From the IMG/VR virus record IMGVR_UViG_2690316166_000011: 6,396 bases of DNA. One strand, given 5' to 3'. The position numbers and the translations under genes are program-made. The DNA is from a virus (taxonomy: Duplodnaviria; Heunggongvirae; Uroviricota; Caudoviricetes). Numbering within the stretch: position 1 is the stretch's first letter; each line of letters starts with the position of its first letter. Shown here piece after piece: positions 1 to 6,396 of the stretch. The notes beneath the pieces were generated by a model. It did no database searches. It was not told where the DNA came from and worked only from the letters and a program-made list of their open reading frames with translations.

Positions 1-2105
<2,105 letters not shown>

Positions 2106-2113
<8 letters not shown>

Positions 2114-2510
2114 CTCTCTGTTTCCTTACTCTGTAATATGTTCCCTCTGTTGGTTTTGGTTGAAGTTCGAAACCATCATGATCAGCATTTACTCCAAGTA
2201 CCCGACCAGATGCCACTACTGCCATAATTAATGGGTTGTCAGGATCTAACCAGATATCACCGTCTATAGTGGCTTGTACTGGCTTACAGTACGCTTCAAC
2301 AATTTCCCCTGTATGGTTCCATCCTTCCTTGTTTAAACCTGCTATACCTTCTTTAATGCTCGAATACTGGCGATTAGTTAACTGTGTAGTACCATTAATT
2401 AAATCAATAAGGCGTAGTACTATAATGTTGCAATCGTTATCACCATACTTATATGGGTTATCAATTGAGTACTGAATAATACTCATTACTTCATTATGTA
2501 GATTTTTCAT
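2106..2510 (-). CDS. Small NlpC/P60-like tail protein (lambda gpK C-terminal-domain-like)
   Basis: 134-aa ORF at the gpK position, between the L-like and J-like genes. The motif GDNDCNIIV resembles the Cys-containing catalytic motif of NlpC/P60 peptidases (lambda gpK GVTDCYTLF), and GDIWL resembles gpK GDVLL. There is no JAMM/MPN HxH motif. The catalytic His is not clearly conserved. Start TAATG overlaps the upstream stop at 2508-2512. Confidence 0.4.
2123..2127 (-). promoter_or_regulatory. Shine-Dalgarno site (AAGGA) for the J-like tail tip gene
   Basis: Minus-strand sequence cagagtAAGGAaacagagagATG, with a 9-nt spacer to ATG 2113-2111. It lies inside the 3' end of the upstream gpK-like gene, consistent with translational coupling. 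Confidence 0.45.
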
Positions 2511-3133
2511 TACTTGTATTTCCAGTTCTGATTTTGATTAACTTGACCTAACAGACTAAAGTACTCATCATTTCTATAGTAAGATTGATATACTGAGTTG
2601 GCGGCAATTAATGCAGGTTGTCTGTCTAATTTCTTATAGACAGAATTCACATATATAGTCATTTCGTTTTGCTTCTGATTTGGATCAGTTACTGCCTGTA
2701 CATAGTCAATAAACCCCGTAAACATGAGCATTGAATCAATTACAGTACTATCATATGGATTGAGAATTACTAACTTGATATTCATCTGTGCATCTTTCAA
2801 GAAACCACCAAGGGCAAGAGCACGAACCGAGGCGTTTACATTGCTAATTTTAAAATTGATAGCATCATTAGACATGCCCTTTTGTTCAGAATATGAAGGT
2901 AATGAACCACTGATAATGTCGGGGAAACTTATGTACTTATAACCATCCAGATCTATATCAATTAGTGAATCCGTCCAGTGAAAACCATTAGTACCTTTTG
3001 GTAGTACATCAAAACAAGTAACATTAACGCCTAAGCTCATAATTTCCATTAGTGTTAATCTTGTCTTGGTTGTACCTCTGACTAACTTCCAGTACTTAAG
3101 AAGATTAGCATTAGTATATATACCTGAGTCCAT
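2510..3133 (-). CDS. Minor tail protein L-like (lambda gpL / GTA g13-like)
   Basis: 207-aa ORF whose start overlaps the Dit stop (TAATG at 3131-3135). From memory, the segment YKYISFPDIISGSLPSYSEQKGMSNDAINFKISNVNASVRALALGG resembles the lambda gpL region YQPYPIQGSGFELNGKGTSTRPTLTVSNLYGMVTGMAEDMQSLVGG. It lacks the C-terminal Cys cluster of lambda gpL. Confidence 0.5.
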   Translation of the reverse strand: MDSGIYTNANLLKYWKLVRGTTKTRLTLMEIMSLGVNVTCFDVLPKGTNGFHWTDSLIDIDLDGYKYISFPDIISGSLPSYSEQKGMSNDAINFKISNVNASVRALALGGFLKDAQMNIKLVILNPYDSTVIDSMLMFTGFIDYVQAVTDPNQKQNEMTIYVNSVYKKLDRQPALIAANSVYQSYYRNDEYFSLLGQVNQNQNWKYK

Positions 3134-3690
3134 TAGATGATATTCTCCGTTGCTTTCAATGTAATATTCATGATGTTCCCAATAGGCAATGAATAATCAT
3201 TGTCTGGATCTAATACAGCCTCGATCATGAGATTGTTATATTTGAGTGCTTCACTTGCCTGTACTGTATTTTGTAGAGCAGGGAAAATAGTAATTGAAGT
3301 ACTGGTACGTTCTACGATTCGATATAGCTTATTGTGATTGGAAAACTGTACCCACTCACCCACAGCTAATGTGTTAGTACTGATAGGTACAACCATATTA
3401 CCCGGTTTAGTGAGAGCAGTAGCGGTTACTGCACCAGTCTGTTTACCGTAATATGTACCTGCAAGCCCCAATGACATAGTGAAAGGTTTGCCCTGTGCAT
3501 ATTGAGCTAAAAAGCTATTCACTTCATTTAGTGATGCAGGATTAAAATTAAGGGTGAACTGAATTTGATAGTATTGAATTCCAGTACTTCTCATGATACG
3601 TTGACCTGTCCATGTTTGATTAGAATAGATCGGTTCAGTACTTTTAATTTGAAAGTTCGTTACTTTTATTTGATTTGAAAAGGATGCCAT
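3133..3690 (-). CDS. Distal tail protein-like (lambda gpM / Dit-like) minor tail protein
   Basis: 185-aa ORF that is the first complete tail gene after the tape measure gene on the same strand. It has a canonical SD (GAGG at 3698-3701, 7-nt spacer) before ATG 3690-3688, and a Dit-typical size. Family assignment is by position and size, not a computed alignment. Confidence 0.5.
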   Translation of the reverse strand: MASFSNQIKVTNFQIKSTEPIYSNQTWTGQRIMRSTGIQYYQIQFTLNFNPASLNEVNSFLAQYAQGKPFTMSLGLAGTYYGKQTGAVTATALTKPGNMVVPISTNTLAVGEWVQFSNHNKLYRIVERTSTSITIFPALQNTVQASEALKYNNLMIEAVLDPDNDYSLPIGNIMNITLKATENII

Positions 3691-3691
3691 T

Positions 3692-4264
3692 TTGTTACCT
3701 CGAATATCTTCTTTCTTTATTTATTTAAAAACCTCGATTCGTATTTTTTTTAACAGGCTTGATTGGCAGGCTGCATCCGTCATCGTTGCTATGTTGTTAT
3801 TTGCAGGCCAAATAGGCTATAACGCATATGATAAATGGAAAGAAAGTTCAGATGATGTTTTTAAGATGCGTGTAATCTTATTGAGCGAAATCAACAATAA
3901 CCTTTTAGCTCTTGCTACTGGTGGCGATGAGTCTCAGGTGTTAGGCACATATGAAATATGTATTCCTCTTCCAACTGAAGATACAGAAGCTATTAAAAGA
4001 GTAGCAACTGCCGTTTCTTATTTGCATGATGATGTATATTATTCCCAATTAGAAAAATTAGCATCACTCCCAAAAAAAGAAGTAGATGCCATCGTAAAGA
4101 GTTATTATTCATTATCGAGATTACGTACTCTTTCAACACAGCTTGCATACAATATTAAATACTCACCACCTAAAGTTAAATTATTGCGGGAAGAGTATTA
4201 CAATCTCTATACCCTTTCATCTTCTCTTTCACAATATTTGTCTTATCACACGGAAAATCCCTAA
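3692..4264 (+). CDS. Hypothetical protein with N-terminal hydrophobic membrane anchor; opposite-strand moron between tape measure and Dit genes; function unknown
   Basis: Open frame of 190 codons in AT-rich DNA, exactly filling the only gap in the minus-strand operon. The maximal ORF starts at TTG 3692, with AGGA at 3681-3684 giving a 7-nt spacer. An in-frame ATG at 3791 (codon 34) gives a 157-aa product starting MLLFAGQIGY, and another in-frame ATG lies at 3866. The hydrophobic stretch AASVIVAMLLFAGQIGY is followed by a charged, probably helical soluble region. There is no lipobox Cys and no nuclease or other catalytic motif I recognise. Stop TAA at 4262-4264. Confidence 0.6.
   Translation: MLPRISSFFIYLKTSIRIFFNRLDWQAASVIVAMLLFAGQIGYNAYDKWKESSDDVFKMRVILLSEINNNLLALATGGDESQVLGTYEICIPLPTEDTEAIKRVATAVSYLHDDVYYSQLEKLASLPKKEVDAIVKSYYSLSRLRTLSTQLAYNIKYSPPKVKLLREEYYNLYTLSSSLSQYLSYHTENP
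3698..3701 (-). promoter_or_regulatory. Shine-Dalgarno site (GAGG) for the Dit-like gene
   Basis: Minus-strand sequence aagatattcGAGGtaacaaaATG, with a 7-nt spacer to the start codon at 3690-3688. Confidence 0.55.
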
Positions 4265-4274
4265 CTGGGCTTTC

Positions 4275-6396
4275 TTATGTATTACGTTTTTGACTACTTC
4301 TCACAGCTTGAGAAACACTATTGGCGTGTTTCTTAAGCATCTCATTAAATTTCTTGTCATCATCAGCTACATCACCCTGGATGATCAATGGTGCGTTAAC
4401 GGTAATATCACCTGAAGTACTTCCACCTTCTTGTTTATCCAAGAATGCTGTTAATTTCTTATTCGCTTCAGGCTGCACCACTCTCTCGCCCTGCTTAAGT
4501 ACAAATGATTTGTTGTCATAACTTGCTGGTAGTTCATCTACCCCGCCATGGAACTGACCAGCAGCAGCACCCTTTGCAGTACTAATAATCGACATACCAA
4601 GTGAAAGTACTTGTGCATAGTTTGCCAATGAAGCTGGCCAAGGGGTAGCGAGTGCTTGGGCCAATGCTGACTGAATTGAAAGTACTGTCTGTGCAATGCT
4701 TATGCTCTTACTTAGGGTAAATGCAGCTTGTGCAGCCCCACTACTTTCCCCAAACGCATCAACCATGCCCTGTGATAGTGACTGTGCAGTACTTGAGAAG
4801 ATACTTAACTGATCCTGTGCATTCTGGTTACTGATTTGGATGGCCTGTGCATTGTACTTTGCCGTGATCTCAGCTTTACGTTTCTCATAGTCCTCATGGC
4901 CTTTCAGCAACAACTCATTCTGCTGAAGTTCAGCATTCATAGCATCAGCGTTATCTTTCAACTTCTGATCGGTATCGTTATAGGCTAATGGATTACCACC
5001 ATTGATACGCTGATTCTGTTGCTGTGCCAGATACCCCTTCTGATTGTCATTGAGTAGACCGGAACCAATAAGAGCATTGGTATCTTTCAGACCCTGATTA
5101 GGATCTTGATAACCAACCATTGAATTCAGTAAATCAGTACGTTGTTTAGCACCATATGCAGTAGCGTTCTTTAGCATTTCATCAGGATTGATACCGAGTA
5201 CTTGAGCACTATCGGTGATGGTTTTAAGAAGTGCCTTTTGTTGTCTGTCGAACTGCTGTAGACGTACCTGAAAACCATCTTCCCCAACTTGAGCAAGAGC
5301 AGCTTCCAGATTACGTTGAGCCTGTAGGCGTTTTGCATCTGCCGCCTTTTGTGCCGCTTCTGCCTGTTTACGTTGTTGTTCTAACTTCTTCGCTGCATCT
5401 TCAGCTTCTTTTGCCTGATCANNNNNNNNNNNNNNNNNNNNNNNNNNNNNNNNNNNNNNNNNNNNNNNNNNNNNNNNNNNNNNNNNNNNNNNNNNNNNNN
5501 NNNNNNNNNNNNNNNNNNNNNNNNNNNNNNNNNNNNNNNNNNNNNNNNNNNNNNNNNNNNNNNNNNNNNNNNNNNNNNNNNNNNNNNNNNNNNNNNNNNN
5601 NNNNNNNNNNNNNNNNNNNNNNNNNNNNNNNNNNNNNNNNNNNNNNNNNNNNNNNNNNNNNNNNNNNNNGTACGTAATTTTTCCCAGATATCCAACATAT
5701 CCTGTAGAGAACCCTTGGAAGTTTTAATACGTTCATTCAGATCTTCAAACAAACCTGCCTCGTGAGGTTTTTGATTTGCAGCATCATAGACACTGTTCAT
5801 GGCATTAACTAAAGGTGATAGGCCATCAGCAATAGTACCTTTAATGCTGGTAGTAAGTTTCCCAAGGTTTTTATCGAATTCAGCATATTTTTCAGCAGCA
5901 TCATTAGTTACTTCAGCATTTTGTGACTGGATATAGGCTGTAGCTTGAGCCTCATTATTGAACTGCTGAAGAGTACTAATCATGTGGCTTGAGTCACTGG
6001 CTAACGTTTCCATTACGTTAACTATTTCACTCTGTGATTTACCTGCATCACGCATGGCGTAAAAGGTGTGGATCACAGCCTGCATACCACCATCAGCCTG
6101 TTTTAAGTACTTGTTATAGTCCTGTAGGTTGAGTCCATATTCTTTAAGATCATCGGATACACCACCGCCAGCACGAAAAGCATCACCGAGCTTATCCAAG
6201 GTATCCTTGTTGAAATCACCAAACTTATCAATCTCAAGACCGAGGCCACTAAACGCCGCTGATAGCTGTTGTAACTGAACCACGGACAATCCGGTACTCT
6301 TACTGATCTGGTTCATTTCACGCACATATTCACGTGATGATTCTACTAATGCTGCCAGGCCACCAATACCAATAGCCGCAGCACCCGCGATCCCGG
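4275..6396 (-). CDS. Tape measure protein, C-terminal portion (5' end beyond right window edge; interrupted by N-gap 5422-5669)
   Basis: Minus-strand frame is open from the right window edge (hand translation of 6326-6396 gives GIAGAAAIGIGGLAALVESSREYVRE upstream of the listed Met at 6325). Left of the gap, the frame of ORF 4275-5177 stays open up to 5421 (hand translation gives DQAKEAEDAAKKLEQQRKQAEAAQKAADAKRLQAQRNLEAALAQ). The protein has A/Q/K/E-rich coiled-coil character followed by a long hydrophobic Ala/Ser/Leu-rich segment, and sits immediately upstream of the tail-tip genes. The two ORF-track pieces (5381-6325 and 4275-5177) are in different frames only because of the N-run. Confidence 0.75.
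5422..5669. other. N-run (assembly gap or masked sequence), 248 nt, inside the tape measure gene
   Basis: Run of n characters. The tape measure reading frame differs on the two sides. Confidence 0.95.

Noticed and set aside
2236-2475. 79-aa plus-strand ORF
   Set aside because: Antisense to and embedded in the gpK-like gene, with no translation signals.
2724-2942. 72-aa plus-strand ORF
   Set aside because: Antisense to and embedded in the gpL-like gene.
3601-3626. Possible sigma70-like promoter for the antisense ORF (TTGACC 3601-3606 and TAGAAT 3621-3626)
   Set aside because: The spacer is only 14 nt, well below the 16-18 nt optimum. Other -10-like hexamers in this AT-rich region are equally unconvincing, so no promoter is called.
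3698-3737. Direct repeat of ACCTCGA (3698-3704 and 3731-3737) as a possible insertion-site duplication or operator
   Set aside because: It is a 7-mer without matching flanks. The first copy is simply the Dit SD on the opposite strand, and the match is consistent with chance.
3692-4264. Antisense ORF as a homing endonuclease or IS transposase
   Set aside because: No GIY-YIG, HNH, LAGLIDADG or DDE-like motifs were recognised, no terminal inverted repeats flank it, and the N-terminal hydrophobic anchor argues for a membrane protein.
4253-4274. Possible bidirectional intrinsic terminator between the convergent moron and tape measure stops
   Set aside because: The inverted repeat (gaaaatccc / gggctttc) gives only 3 GC plus 3 AT pairs with a mismatch and is not followed immediately by a T-run. 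It is too weak to call.
4143-4521. Plus-strand ORFs 4143-4415 and 4321-4521
   Set aside because: Out-of-frame overlaps with the 3' end of the moron and antisense to the tape measure gene. They are AT-rich chance ORFs.
5231-5736. ORFs 5231-5677 (+) and 5419-5736 (-)
   Set aside because: Mostly translated N-run, antisense or out of frame relative to the tape measure gene.
5381-6325. ORF-track 314-aa protein as a separate gene from ORF 4275-5177
   Set aside because: Both are pieces of one tape measure gene. The frame is open upstream of 6325 to the window edge and upstream of 5177 to the gap, and the apparent stop at 5381 is in the wrong frame because of the N-run.

Overview
The window is the distal part of a lambda-like long-tail morphogenesis operon, all on the minus strand: the C-terminal two-thirds of a tape measure protein (right edge to 4275), then a Dit/gpM-like protein (3690-3133), a gpL-like minor tail protein (3133-2510), a small NlpC/P60-like gpK-type protein (2510-2106) and a gpJ-like tail-tip/host-specificity protein (2113 to the left edge) that carries a gpI-like glycine-rich hydrophobic segment at its N-terminus. 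The feature that does not belong is a plus-strand ORF (3692-4264, about 157-190 aa) filling the gap between the tape measure and Dit genes in antisense orientation. It has an N-terminal hydrophobic anchor and no motif I recognise, and I read it as a moron whose function is unknown; superinfection exclusion is one speculative possibility. Three N-runs (158-223, 405-452, 5422-5669) interrupt the tip and tape measure genes, and the reading frame changes across two of them, so the stops in the ORF track at 122 and 5381 are probably gap artifacts. All homology calls rest on recalled similarity to lambda tail proteins and on gene order; no search was run. I cannot tell from this window whether the cluster is a prophage, an F-type tailocin or a GTA-like element, and I saw no tRNA, rRNA, CRISPR array or IS element.
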